Source: the human T2T-CHM13v2.0 reference genome, Homo sapiens. Taken from it: a DNA stretch of 64,000 nt. Made by a program: the position numbers and the translations under genes. Shown here one piece after another: positions 27,731 to 41,637 of the stretch; within the stretch, counting starts at the first letter, position 1, and the number at the start of each line of letters is the position of its first letter. The notes beneath the pieces are model-generated. The model was not told the origin of the DNA and ran no database searches. It saw nothing but the letters and a program-made list of their open reading frames with translations. The DNA lies in the NCBI RefSeq assembly GCF_009914755.1, contig NC_060931.1; one strand, written 5' to 3'.

Positions 27731-30700
27731 TTATATATGTAATTTTTAATATATAATCATATACATAATACATATTTACATATATAAATTTTATATATAT
27801 ACAAATTTATAGGAGAGTAAATTTTGGAGGAGAGTAAAGCAATCACTAAAACACTGGTCATAATAAGAGGACATTGGTTACGTGGACGACAGGGTAAGAA
27901 CCACTAATGAACTTGGTACAAATTCTGTGTGCTGTTGTAAGAAAGAATACTAGCCCAGGACACAGTGTATGTGAAATCACTTTGAAAATTGTAAAGGCTT
28001 TAATATTTTCTTGTAAGTAAGTCCTGTTGGTTCCATCTTCAAAATGTGTATTTTCTACTTCCCTTCCTCTTTATTGCCCAGCCACCATCCTAACCTCGGC
28101 TCTCATCCATTCCATTAATTCCTCACTTGTGCTTAAGTCAACAACCATTTATGGGGCCTCATTGTGTCCTGTCCTTCATGCAATATAAAAATGAGGATGA
28201 CAAAATGGTTGTCTTTATTTCCACTTTGGCGATTTACTTATATTTTGGCCTCCCAGAATCTTCTCTTGATCTTTTCCAACGATGTGAACTCTTCAGGATT
28301 TTAGTTTGGTTTCTACCTCCTTCCATGAAATTTCTAAATTATCCAAACCACATCAGTCACATATTCCTGTAAATTACATTATTATTACTGTCCATTACCA
28401 AATAATTTAGCAATTAATTAACTTCTAAGGTTTTTTTTTTTTCTTCCCTTTCATTTTTATCTCCAGTGCTTTGGTCTTTTTTTCCCAAGCTATCACAGTG
28501 ACCATCTTTTCAACTTGCTTAGAATCCTAGTAAAGTACTAAGTATATATTTAGTAGGAACTAAGAGATTTCTCCTGGTTTATTCATTGTTGGGGTCTCAA
28601 ACCAAGAAAATAAGTTCTCAAACCAAGTAAATGGCACTGAGTAGCTGGCCTACAAAGAGATATTAAGCTGTATCCACAATTCTGTACAGCATGCCATTTA
28701 AAACACAAAAGAATAGTGCCTCAGGAAATACTATCCAGTGGGGTCGGCTGAAATAATACATAAACCTAACTATATAAGCAATAATAATATAAAATAATTG
28801 GAGAACACTTTCTAGCTCTATGAAAGCAGGAACCTTTTCTGTCTTGTTCACTACTTAAAATAGTGCATAGTAGATATTAATAAATATGTTGAAAGAATAG
28901 AGCAACTACAATAGCTAACACTTAAGCATCTTCTATATGTCAGATAATGTGCTAAATACCATACTTACATGATCATGTTTAATTCCTGCACAACCTTTGA
29001 GATTGGATTTATTAGTATTCTTTATTTTTTTGCATGTGGAAACTGAGGAAGAGAGAATTAGATAACTTCCCTGATGTTACAAAACCAAGTGACGAAGCCA
29101 CCTGACTGCAGAACTTACATTTTTAATCATTCTGTCACATATTATAGCATACTGCATTTTTACTGTAGTTTAAGTATGTAAATTCTGATGAAGAAAAAGG
29201 AGTAAATCCCATTGGGTAGAGGAATAGTGGTGGGCCAAGACCTTGAGACAATTGGAAGGAGTTAAGAAACAGTGCAGTATGGATGGAGGCAAGTAAGGTC
29301 TTCAACCCTGCTCAGAGATAGCTACTGTTTTCCCTATACTGTAATCCCACCAAACAGGGAAGGGAAATTAGCCTGTGCATTTTAAGGCTGCCAAGTCTTC
29401 GCCATTCATTTTTTTTCATATTTGGAAAGCCTGCCCCATCTACCTCTTAGCCAGGTAAATTCTCATTTAGGCCCAAACCTCCTCCCTGGATGACAGTCAC
29501 CTTGCACTGTCAGCCTCCCTAGCTAGAACATGGGTTCCGTGAGGACAGGGACTGTGTCTTATTTATTACAATCCTACTACCTGGGAAATAGGGGCCGAAA
29601 TAAATGTTTACTGAATGAGTCTGCAAAGCAAGGGGGGTATCAAAAGAGTCCCCCAGAACCTTCGGGACATGGGACTTTAATAATGTGTGCTGGATTAGAG
29701 TGAGTTGGCACTCAGGACAGAAAACAAGAGGGATGTTGGTTTCTCTTGGCTAAAGGAACCAGGACTTAGGAGTATCTCCTGGTGACCCCAAGAGTAGGGC
29801 AGGCACCTTGAGCTGCATATCCTGAGACACAGTACAGGGTAGACTTGGGCCCTTGGGGAAATCAAGGCCCTGCTGACTTAGCCCAACACGGCTGCACTGA
29901 TGTCTCATCCTGTGGGGTGTCAAGCTTAAAGGTCACCATGAATACCAGGTGGAGAGAGAAACATGGGAGGGGTTGGGGGATGTGGCTTCTTAAGGTTTTT
30001 GCATGAGTTTCACTGAAGACAGTCTGGTGCTGTCATCTGGCATTAAATTTAGTCTGTTTTACTGAATGTCTGAAAAGTGCCAAAGATAGAAAGCTGCTTT
30101 GTGATTGCAAAGGCAGCTAAGCATTTATTCATGCTCATGCGCTGGCCAAGTTAATTTCCATATTGCTGAGTGCACGAATTGAAAGCACTTCCCTCCAGCA
30201 CAGCTGTTTCCACAGGCACCTTTCAAATGCTGAATCCTCAGTCACTACCCTTGCAGTGATGTCAGAAATAGAAAACGATTAAAACTTTTATTCTTCTTGC
30301 AGCTCAAGAGTGTTGGGGAAGAAAGTTTTGTGGTTGCCTCTATCAGGCATGGTTGGAAAACGGGTGTCCTGATTACTCACTTAATCCGTTTATCAGTTTT
30401 TTAAAAATCACAAGGCAATACCCAGCCTTAAATCATGTAATTTAATGTGTCTTTAATGATTTTAAAGGCATTCAAGATCTTCCACGGCCTATTAAGAAAG
30501 GCTAACGATCATCAATATTACCTTTTATGATTGTTCTATGAACACTGACAATACTTGTCAATAGATTTTCAATTAATAGAATGACAGCTTTAACTGATGC
30601 TAGACCAAAACTGTACTCACATTTCAATCACTGAGAACTGGAGTTGTTGTTTCTTGTTAAATGTTTCTCAGCTATGGTTTTTTGTTTGTTTGTTTAGCAC

Positions 30701-30779
30701 CAGCAGGCCTGATAGCAATGGCAATTTTTAAGAAAAGAAAAAATTAGTTGGGAGAAAGGTAGTGTATGAGCTCTCACTC

Positions 30780-30930
30780 AGTGCTTCTCAAACTGTAATT
30801 TGCATGTCAATCACTTGGAGATCTTGTTAAAAATGCAGATTTAAGTTCAGTAGGTCTGGGGGAGGCCTGAGATTCTGCACCTGCACAGATGAGGCTATCA
30901 CTGCTGCTGGACCATAAGCCCAACTTGAGT
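30780..30930. mobile_element. MER5A-like element (similar copies near 16305, 16790, 52070, 53585, 57535, 62890)
   Basis: ATCACTTGGAGATCTTGTTAAAAATGCAGAT...AGTAGGTCTGGGG. Confidence 0.65.
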
Positions 30931-33674
30931 AGCCACATTCCAGGAGACCAGGCTGTCTCAAAAAATTGGGATTTGACTTGACAGAATCTGAAGGCAAAAC
31001 CAGGACTAACGGGTGGGAACTACAAGGCCCTGGATTCCAGCTTTGCCTAAAGGATGGGTTGTCTTACTATCTAATGAGTGCTATGAAAAATGGCAAAAAC
31101 ATGGCTGATCTATGAAAGTCTCTGGAGTGCTCCATCAGAGGCTGGTGGTCACCTGGCAGAGGCACCACAGAGAAGATTCCAAGACTGGCAGGGAGTTTAG
31201 AACAAGTGAGCTATGAGATCCTTTCTAAATCTTCTATCATAAACTCATGTCATACTAAACAGCAGCATTTGCATTAGCTCTATAACCTCAAGTACAATCC
31301 CTGACTTTGGGATCTAAGTGAGAAGATTAAAGAAAACAGGAGACTGAGCAATGAAGCTCCCACTTGGGTTCTGATGACTAAATGGGAGTAGCAGTCATCA
31401 CCCGCCACCGTCACCATCCCTTCTTTCCCTTCACACACAGATGTAGCTCTCCAACCTCAGGCCAGAGCTAGGGAAGTGAATATCCAGATAATTCAGGCCC
31501 CAGAATGTTTCAAGTCTTACTACTTGGTTAGCCACAGACCAAAAACACTGGTGCCTTCATTACTTAGATAATGGGAGAATATTCATGCTGTCTTTGTGGT
31601 GAACCCTTGAGAAAGGGAAGGAAAATCAGTCCTTGCCAGCAGCTGATACTGACAACAAGGAGATAAAATCCTGTGGGCTGCCAGCTCTGTCAGTGGCTCC
31701 ACCTGAGGTCATTCCCATCCTGAGTTTCCAAAGAGAAAAACGCTTTCCAACTGTATTGACCACAGACGGATTTATAATTAAAATAGCATTAATAAAAACA
31801 CTTCAATGTACATATGACTATTTCCACGCTGTTGATCACTCACTCAGCATTTATGGCTACAATTACTTTGGCATGTTTTTAGGCCCCTCAGATATATTGG
31901 GAAGCCATTAATATTTGTTAAATATTCCCCTAATTGTATCAAGCCCCTTAAAGCTACAAACAGCATCTTCTATGCATTTTTCTCTCCTCCTAATGCTCTG
32001 TTCGGTAAGCAGGGTCTCTTAGACTATTAAAGATGAAAACATCCAGCCCATAAATGTCATTCCTCTCTGGCCATGCAGCCCACTGGGGTGGTGATGGGGT
32101 TTTTATAGTTGCTATTGTGGTAGTGATTATAGTTATAAAAGTGACAACTACTATTTTTTTAATATATGTACCTTGTGGTGATTCTATAATGAAAGCATTA
32201 TTATCCTCATTTTACAGATGAGAAAATTGAAGCTCCAAATTAGTTTGTGCAAGATCACAAACTATTAAGAGGCAGAACCCATTTGCAGACTGCGTCTTGA
32301 GATCCCACGCAGAACCTCGCAGCTGAGTGTCCACTGTGGATAAGATCACCTAGAAGCAAACTAGCACTCAGCTGAGCCCATCCAGGGCCACCTACTGACC
32401 CTCCCCTACCAGTCCTGCCTCTCACCCCCCTACTCTCTCCCCCAGCGGAACAAGTCTGTCTTTTGTTCCAGGGGCATGTTTCTGCCCTCCATACACTTGT
32501 GGCTTAGTCAATAAAGACAAGATAGCTCTGTCCACCCAAGTGACTCAAGGGTCTCTTCTGAGTTTTTCTCTTGCCTTCAAAGTACACCATAATGATTGGC
32601 TTTCCTGTACCATCATGGAATATTTAAGTCTCAGAGTGTGACACAGAATGAAGAAGTCATTTACCCAGCTCTTTCATTTAGAGATGAGGAATCTATGCTG
32701 AGTGATTTGTTTGGGGCTGCGAAAAATGAGTGAGGGGCTTTTAAGGACCAGGACCCAGGTCTTTTGACTCCAACTCATGAGCACACACCTTGTATGAAGG
32801 GGAGAAAAACTCCAAAACAGGCTCCTGTGTGAATGGGACTGGGGCCTGAGGTGAGATATTTTTCCTTTTTATATCACCCAGGACTGTTTTAATATTTTAC
32901 CTTTATTATATTTTAATTTAAAAAAAACCTTTCAGTGACATGTCACAGAGCCCTGCCCTTTGGTGTCTGAGCACAGAAGAGAATCACAGACTCTGCACTC
33001 AGATATAATACTCTTGTATGCCAACTACAGGGCATTCATGACTCTTCAAGGAGACCCACTGCTTTGCTGGACAGCACCAGCTGAGAACAGTGCTCTCTCT
33101 TACAGAGTGCTCAAAACTATTTTTTCAGAGCTAATTGAAATTTGCAATCAAAGCAGAGATACATTCTGACTAATCAACACATGCATGACTTAGAATCACA
33201 GGAGTAGGTGGCAGAAGTTTAGCACAATAAACTCTTCTTTATCTTGATCCAAATCAGAAGTGAATTATTTTCACAGTGCTACACAATAACTGGTTCTCAT
33301 AATGAGAACCTAGTGACAATGTTAAGATCTCAGAGAACTTTACAAATCAAAGAAGGAATGACTTTAGTGCCAAGTATGTTATAGTCCAGTTTGTAACGGA
33401 GCTTCTTTTTAATAGGGGGGTCCCTGCTTAAAGGTCCAAAGCTCATTATCAGGAACTAGAGATACAAAGATGTAAAATCAAGTGCTGGATCTCAAAAAGC
33501 TAACATACATTACAAATGTTAATAAAAGGGATACCACAAGGTTGAAAATTTGTAAATTGTCAAATGGGAGATTCACACAAACCTGCTGCAGGAGTTCAGA
33601 CAGGCATAATCTCCAAAGCCTAGATCCACATGAGCTGGGACTCCCAGAAAAAATGACACACAGTAAGCAGCAGG

Positions 33675-34119
33675 GTGTCTTAGATTCCTGAGGCCAACTT
33701 GATGAGCAGTCACAAACTTTGGTGGCTTAAATAAACAGATATTTATTCTCTAGCCGTTCTGGAGGCCAGAGGTCCAAAATCAAAGTGTTGGCAGGTCCAC
33801 GCTCCCTCTGGAGGATCTCAGGGGGATTCATTCCTTGCTTCTCCCTCTGGTGGCTGCCAGCATTCCATGGCATGGCTTGGCTTGTAGCTGCATCACTCCA
33901 ATCTCTCTCTCCACCATCACATCACCTTTTCCTCTATGTCTGTCTTCTCCCGAACGTGTTTCTTATAAGGACATTTGTCAGTGAATTTAGGGCCCACCTG
34001 GATAATCTGAGCTGCCCTACTCATCTCAAATCCTTAAATTAATTACATCTGTAAAGGTCCTTTTTCCAAATGTGGTAACATTCACAGCTTCCAGCATTAG
34101 GATGTGGATACATCTTTTT
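33675..34119 (-). mobile_element. MLT1 LTR (short remainder near 35088-35128, after the L1)
   Basis: GGTGGCTTAAA...ATTTATTCTC...TTCTGGAGGCCAGA MLT1 motif. Confidence 0.75.
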
Positions 34120-35088
34120 CTTTTAAAACAGTGTATATATTTATAGGGTACCTGTGCAATTTTCTTACATACACAGTTTGCATAGTGGTCAAGTCAGGGC
34201 TTTCAGGGTATCCATCACCACGTACATTGTGTCCATTACCTAATTTCTCCCCCTCCTCCCTCCCCCACCCTCACCTGCTGAGTCTCCATTATCTAGATCA
34301 TTCCACTCTCTATGTCCACCTGAATACATTTTTTAGCACTCACTTATGAGAACATGTGATATTTGTCTTTCTGTGCCTGGCTTATTTCACTTAAGATAAT
34401 GACCTGGTCCAGTTCCATCCATGTTGCTGCAAAATACATGATTTCACTCTTTTTGATGGCTCAACAGTATTCCATGTGTGTATATATTTTCGTCATCCAT
34501 GCAATCATTGGTGGAAACAGGTTAATTTTATATCTCTGATATTGTAAATACTGATGCAATAAACATATGAGTGCAGGTACCTTTTAGATATATTTATTTC
34601 TTTTCCTTTGGCAAGATACCCAGTAGATCACATGGTAGTTCTTTAGTTCTTTGGGAAATCTCCAGACTGTTTTCTGATGAGGCTGTACTAATTTACATTC
34701 CCATTGACAGTGTGAAAGAGTTCCCTTTCTTCTGCATCCTCACCAACATGTTGTTGTCTTTGTATTAATAGTCATTTGACTTATATAAGATGATATCTCA
34801 TTGTGGTTTTGATTTGCATTTCCCTGATGATTATGTTGAACATTTTTTCATATACTTGTTGGCCACTTGTATGTCTTCTTTTGAAAAATGTTTATTCATG
34901 TCCTTTGCTTGTTTTTTAATGAGATTATTTGTTTTTTGTTGTTGTGGTTGAGCTGTTTGAGTTCCTTGTATATTCTGGATATTAGTTCCCTGTTGGAAGC
35001 ATAGTTTGCAAATATTTTCTCCCATTTTGCAGGTAGTCTGTTCACTGTTTTCCTTTTGCTGTGCAGAAACTTTTTAGTTTAATTAAGT
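34120..35088 (-). mobile_element. L1MA-type 3' fragment
   Basis: Reverse L1 ORF2 end/3' UTR ([19 protein letters not shown]). Confidence 0.88.
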
Positions 35089-37010
35089 AGGAAGTGAACA
35101 TGTCTTTTTATGATTCAGCTCACTACACAGGGCCCCAGGGACCACGGGGCCAAGATGTGCCAGGAATGTGATTCATCTGAAGTAGGAACAGAGAGGAGGT
35201 GATTTAGGGTGATGTGGGCTTGTGAACAGATGCAGTGGAAAACACAGCTGAACTTGACGGTAGGGCCAGGGTGTAGGTTTTAGAGGGATATCAGATGACA
35301 CTAGGGAAGTCTTCTGTTGTGCCTCTGTCCTACTTCTTGCACTGTCACTTCTGGACCTTTAGTATTTTAATATTATCAAATTACTGAAGCAGACTTTCCC
35401 CTCCCCAGGAAAGAGCTATTGAATCGGTCAGCTCAGTTCACATTTGCATCAATAGCTTCTTGAGAACATTCCATTACCTTGTACAGCTGCTATGCTGTGC
35501 TCTCAACCAGAGCATCTGGGCCAGGGTTCTGCCTTCCTGTATCTTAAATGTGCCCACTGCCAACCATGAATAAATATATTTATTTTCTTAAGGCATCCCA
35601 TGCAGTTTTCATCAAAGTAATATTTCTAAATCTCACCCAAATATATTTGCTGTGATTATTATTCCAGGATTGCAGAACAATACAGACAGTTCAGCAACTT
35701 TCTGGAAGTGTTTTAAGATTTCAGTTTCTCGTGATCTTCAGAGTGTGGAATGCAGCTGACAGTCTGTCATTTGTGGATGTGGAGAGGAACAAAGAAGTCC
35801 TGACAACTCAAATATGTCATTTGAGCTGATACTTTAACCTCTTCTGATATCAAATGTTTGTTTGTGTCTTATAAGACTTACTCAGAGTGGAAATATATTG
35901 AGAGCTCAGTCTTATTTCTTCAGCCTTCCTGCCTCTGAGGTATGTTATAACCATAGGGGTGGCTAAAAGGTCAGCAGTAAGGAGGAGAAGTAAAAGGCCC
36001 AGAAAATGAGAATCTAGAAAACTATAAGAACTATATAGTTAATTATTTTTCTCAGTGGGGTCCACTAGAAAACAAACAAACAAACAACAACAGCAACAAC
36101 AAAAAAAAACAGCTCCAGGCAAACAGGGATCCTAAGGCTACTTCAATCATCCACGTTCTTCTTGGCCCTGCATTCATAAAGATGTGAGCTGAGGGAGGCT
36201 TGTTTAAATAACAACCATTTGTACATAAGGCATGGAACTTGAATTAACTTCTGAAGAAGTCTTCTAGCATCTAAAGAAACCCAGTGCTCTCCAAACAGTT
36301 GGTTGCCGGGTCACCTACCATTTATTAGCCATGGGACTCCAAACAAATCAGTTAATATCTTTGGGCTGTATTTCCTTTCCACAGTGGGGGAAACATTACA
36401 GACCCCACTGAGTTGTGCTGAGACTCCAAAGGGTAGCATGAAAGGATATTATGAGCTGTGAAGATGCTATCGGAGAGTTTTCACTTCGAGTGTCCCATGC
36501 TGAGTCTTCCTGAGAGCAGCCTAGACACAAGCCAAGCTGCCTGCCCCTGCACTGTGCCACCCACCTCCCAGCTGAAAAGATGAAGCAGGGAAGCAGCTGT
36601 GACATTGCTTAAGGGCTCCCGGGACTCCTCTGCTCACAAAAGGCGAATGTTTATTTGTCAAACACTTACATAGCACTTCCTACTACAGGCGCTCTTCAAA
36701 CTAAGCAACCTACACCTAATAAGAAAACAAGGCAGAGAGAGGGTATTAACTTTGTCCAAGATCAAACAACTTATAAACAGCCGGAGATTCAAACACTGGC
36801 CATCTGGCTCCAGAGTTCATGCTCGCTGCCTCTCCTCTTCTATGATCATCATAGAACAGTGTGAGACAACCACGATGTTTCCAAGGTCCCTCCTCCTTGA
36901 CTGGACTTTCTTGTGGTGTTTATTCAGCCTATACTGAATACTGAAATAAATTTAGAGATGCTAAATCTTAGTATCTCTAAAGACATTATGAAATTGAAAG
37001 AAATAAATGG

Positions 37011-37274
<264 letters not shown>

Positions 37275-40200
37275 TCAATACCCAGACAGCTGAAATGATA
37301 AACACCTGGACATTATTAAAGTGTTAATTCACTTTTCCCTCCTTGGCAAATTCTTCCCCATTCCACTCACCTGTTTTATGAGTTCCGGCCCTGAGCCCAG
37401 CCAGGCTGGGCTCTCTGGAGTGCGGCATAATCTAATACCCTGCATAAATAAGCTCTCATCAGGTGACCCTGGGAGAGTTCAAGCCACTGTAGTTCAGCCC
37501 AGAAACAGCAGGGTGACAAGAGTGAATTGCATAATTGTATGGAAACTTACCTAGCAATAGATCTCTCCATTTCAAAACCCCTGCAATCATGAGTGAAGCA
37601 CTTGTCAATTATTTTGACAGGATTTACTCTCTATTGCTAACTTCTATGCCAAATGCTAACAATACACTTTAAAACTGAATAGAGGCTGTGCTCTCTTTAC
37701 CACTCATACTCTTTCCAATCAGAGTTGATTTCTTATTTATGATGAACTGTTCAGCTGTCCTGTCCTTCATAGCTTCGTATATCCCTGCTCAGGGCCTTTT
37801 AATAACAGGCTCTCAATACATATTGGCTGAAGAAATAAAACTCAAGGCTATAGGACTCTTTTGATAAAGACAAAGCATACTTGGTCATCTTTATCAAGCT
37901 AATCTGGCCTCTGGAATGTGTTACTTTGAAAATTCTAGGAAGGAAATGTAAGGGGGCAGTGGGAAAAAGACAAGAGGAAATTGCAATTACTCATATTTTA
38001 CACATTTTAAAATAGCAATTCTCCCTCCCACTTAGATATTCCTTAACCCACTTAATGTATCTACAAGACTTTGTGAATGGTAATCTTTCTACTAAGCAAC
38101 TGCATGTTTATTCATTCATTAATTTAATCTACACTTACTGAATGTTTCCCCTATGCTAGTCTAGATGCTTCTTATTTACTGTTTCATTTAGTTCTCAAAA
38201 GTAAGCAAAATTATCCAAATTTCGCAGCTAAAAAGCTTAGACCCAGAATGTGTTAAAAAAAACATGGCAAGGTTATCCAGCAGGCAAAAAGCAAAACCGG
38301 TGAGAACAAGCATCAGTTTCTAGAGCTGCGTCTTTACTTTTGTTCCAGACGTTCAATAGAGTAGTTCCTTCACAGACCACAGGTATAGAAGAACATTTAT
38401 GGATGCCATCATTTGCCAGAATAAAATCAATGGGGAAGCCCTTCTTCATTTTATTACAGATCCTCACAACTGTCATTGGAGTGGAAGAGCTTAAGAATCT
38501 GTGGGCTTTTTGCTCCCGCATGTTCTCCATGTATACCTGGCCATACATTCTCACCTGCCCCAATAGAAGGATATTTGTCGCTGGTTTTCAATAAATTCAG
38601 TCCGACGATTTGTATCTTCTACATGCAAAGCCCTGTCCTAGGTGCTATGAGAAATAAAAGGATGTATAAACAGGACCCAGTACTTAAACAACCATATACT
38701 TTTTTAACCAATGAAGCAATTGAAAGAGGAAAGACGATGGCAGTGTTAAGCATGGTATTAGCCAAGCTCAAGGTTCCAAACCAGAACATTTGTGAAGGCT
38801 TCTCTCAAATCCTGTCGTGGGGCCTGGCAGAACTGGGCTGTTCCATTCCTCTGTTCCTTGTCTCTCATGAATCAACTCTAATCAGCCTTTCATCCCCAGG
38901 ACTGCAAGGAAACCATTTGACAATGACACCAATGACCTGCACAAACCACGGTCATTTTCAGGCATTTTATTTGACCTATCAGCAGCTATTTAAACACAAG
39001 TTAATTAAAGAATAGCAATTCACATTTACTATGTAAATGATTTACAATGAGCAATCTTGTTTTTATAAAAATCACTTTAAATGCTTAAGCAATAAATAAA
39101 AATTCTTGCTAAGGAAATGACATAATTCAAAAGGGCAGCAGGGTTTCATAGATCATTCTAGCTAAAGGAATAGTGGAGCCAAAACCTGGGATGAGGAAGA
39201 ACACTGAAGATCCACTTAGAACTCTAGAATAATAGGGTATGATTAAGACAGTCAGGAGGGACCAACAACCTATTTTTTTCTTATAAGCAGGGTCCCTTTA
39301 GTTCCTACAAGAAAAGTAGATTCCTCTATGGTGAAGACACGATATCTGAAAAGTGATCTACTTCAAAAAGAACCAATTCTGTAGAGTGTCACGGTTTTTG
39401 AAACAAGGTCATGTGAGTTCTGCTTCCAGAACTGGCCAAAGTAAAAGCAGCTCATCCGTAATTATACCAGTTTCTTAAATTTACAGAGGACTTTTCTCCA
39501 AAGACTGTCAATGTCTTTTAGCCACTGAAAACACTCAATTTTCTCTTACCGCATTCCACAGGAAAAAGCAGGAGTTGAGTTTTCCTCCATTTTATGAATG
39601 GAGAACTGAGACAACCTACACTTGCCTGAAGTTCATCCAATAACACAATATAAAGATTGCAACAGAGAGCTCTTGATTTTAACTCTTCTCTATCACTAAG
39701 GGGTGACAAACACAATGTCCATGCTGTGCTCTCCCTGCCTTATGCCCAGAAGTCACAGCTAAAAACACGGCAATCTTTCCCCTGAATGCAGACTCAGCTG
39801 CAAAGTCCTTCTTAACACAATGCTCTGTGCAGCTACTACCAAGAGATAGATGCTGGCATAGAGGGCGAGAGGGGAAAATCATTTACCACCCAAGCAAGGG
39901 CAAGGCTTAGCAGGATGGGGTAAGAATTCATCAACTTTTTTCACTTGTTTTAGGTATAGGTTATGCCTAAAGATGTCAAATGTAGCCCAATTATTAAACA
40001 TTCTATTGTATTCGTCACAAAAGCATTTTATTAATGTGTAGAGTAAGGCATTTTTTATTTTAAAAGTATATATTCACATATACAGTGTATATTTTAGTGG
40101 GCTTTTGTACAACACTAAAAAGGTATGAGTGGATACACGTATGATACTGTAAAAGTTCCTGGGAGAAAAAAAGCTAGAACTATTCACTATGGGCATTCAG

Positions 40201-40995
40201 GACTTTCACAAATAAGACTTGAAGGTCAAATTAATGTTAATTATAATGATAAAAACATACATTTATATTTACTCAGCACCTATCCTGAGTCTGACCCTGG
40301 AATAAGTGCTTATTTTTCATCCTTACCACAATGCTATGAGAAAAGAACTATTATTATTCCAATTTTATTGATGAAAAAACTGAGGTTTGGAGAGTTTAAG
40401 GTCACAGAACCAATTAATGGGTGGACCCAAGATTGGAGAGTTAATGTTCTAATCACTATGCATACCTTTCTCCTCAAATTATCTTGAAGAGATTTTATTG
40501 ACAGGTTGTTTTCATACTGGCAAAGTGAGGCTTATTGTTTTTAAAATCTCAGGAGCCCCAGTATTTAAGTTAAAAGATGATAGAACCCTCCTCCTAGGGT
40601 TTTCATGGCCCTAAGTTGTACATTTTGTCTTAGGTCAGATGTAAAAATGAAAACACCTAGGTCTCAATCATTTTCTCCTTCAAGGAAGCAAGCTCTTTTA
40701 ACATAGGTATATAGGTAGGACAGTATCTCTACATAAACACATAGCTCCTTGAGATTTTATATGAATAGGTCTGAGATAGGAAGACCAGGTTCAAGTTTAA
40801 GTTCAGTTCAAGAAACAAGGACAAGAGAAAATTCAGCTCCAGAAAGTGAAAGAAAACTAGTGTGGCTGAAGTACAGATACTCTCAAGGTCACCTGGCAAT
40901 ACTGGATGAGAATTTAAGTAAAAATGACTTTAAAAAACCATGTCTTCCAGCTAAGATGGTGTTTTAAGTTCATGCATTTAATGCCCCTTCCCTAT

Positions 40996-41071
40996 TGCCA
41001 CTCTCACTCCAAATATGGCAAAAATATACAAAATGCCACCCTCACTCCAAATATGGCAAAAATATACAAAG
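40996..41071. repeat. 38-bp tandem duplication, each unit containing CCAAATATGG
   Basis: Units start at 40996 and 41034, 2 mismatches. Confidence 0.92.
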
Positions 41072-41132
41072 TTATAAACATGTAGGGCTCCTTTGTGTCT
41101 GTGTGATAAAGAAACAAGATTAAATATTTCCA

Positions 41133-41637
41133 AAGAAAATGTGGTGCATATACTTATGCAGTGGACTACTATTCAGCCTTAAAAAAGAAAGACATCTTGT
41201 CATTTGCAATCACATGGATGAACTGGAGGACATTATGTTAAGTGAAATAAACCAAGCACAGAAAGAAAAATGCTGCATGATTTCACTTACATGTGGAATC
41301 TAAAAAAGTCAAACTTACAGAAACAGAGGATGGAATGGTAGTTAGCAGGGTCTGATAAGTTCTGGGGATCTAATGTAACACCATGCTGACTGTAGTTCAT
41401 AATACTGCATTATTCACTTGAAATTGGCTATAAAAGTAGATCTTAAATGTTCTTACCACACACACACACACAAATAACTATGGGGGGTGATGGGTATATT
41501 AGCTTGATAATGGGTAATCACTTCCTAAAGTGTACATGTATCAACACATCACATTATACACCATAAATATATACAACTTTCATTTGTCATTTATTAGCTC
41601 AACAAACCTGAAAAAAAAAGAATAATGTGGCAAAAAA
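41133..41637 (+). mobile_element. 5'-truncated L1MA 3' end
   Basis: L1 3' UTR with degenerate TSD AAGATTAARTATYTCCA (41116-41132/41638-41654). Confidence 0.85.

Noticed and set aside
29990-30620. Repeat-poor stretch that looks enhancer-like
   Set aside because: No decisive motif cluster; conservation cannot be judged from one sequence
38476-39015. 179-aa plus-strand ORF
   Set aside because: Non-ATG start, no recognisable domain, antisense intronic; probably a chance ORF
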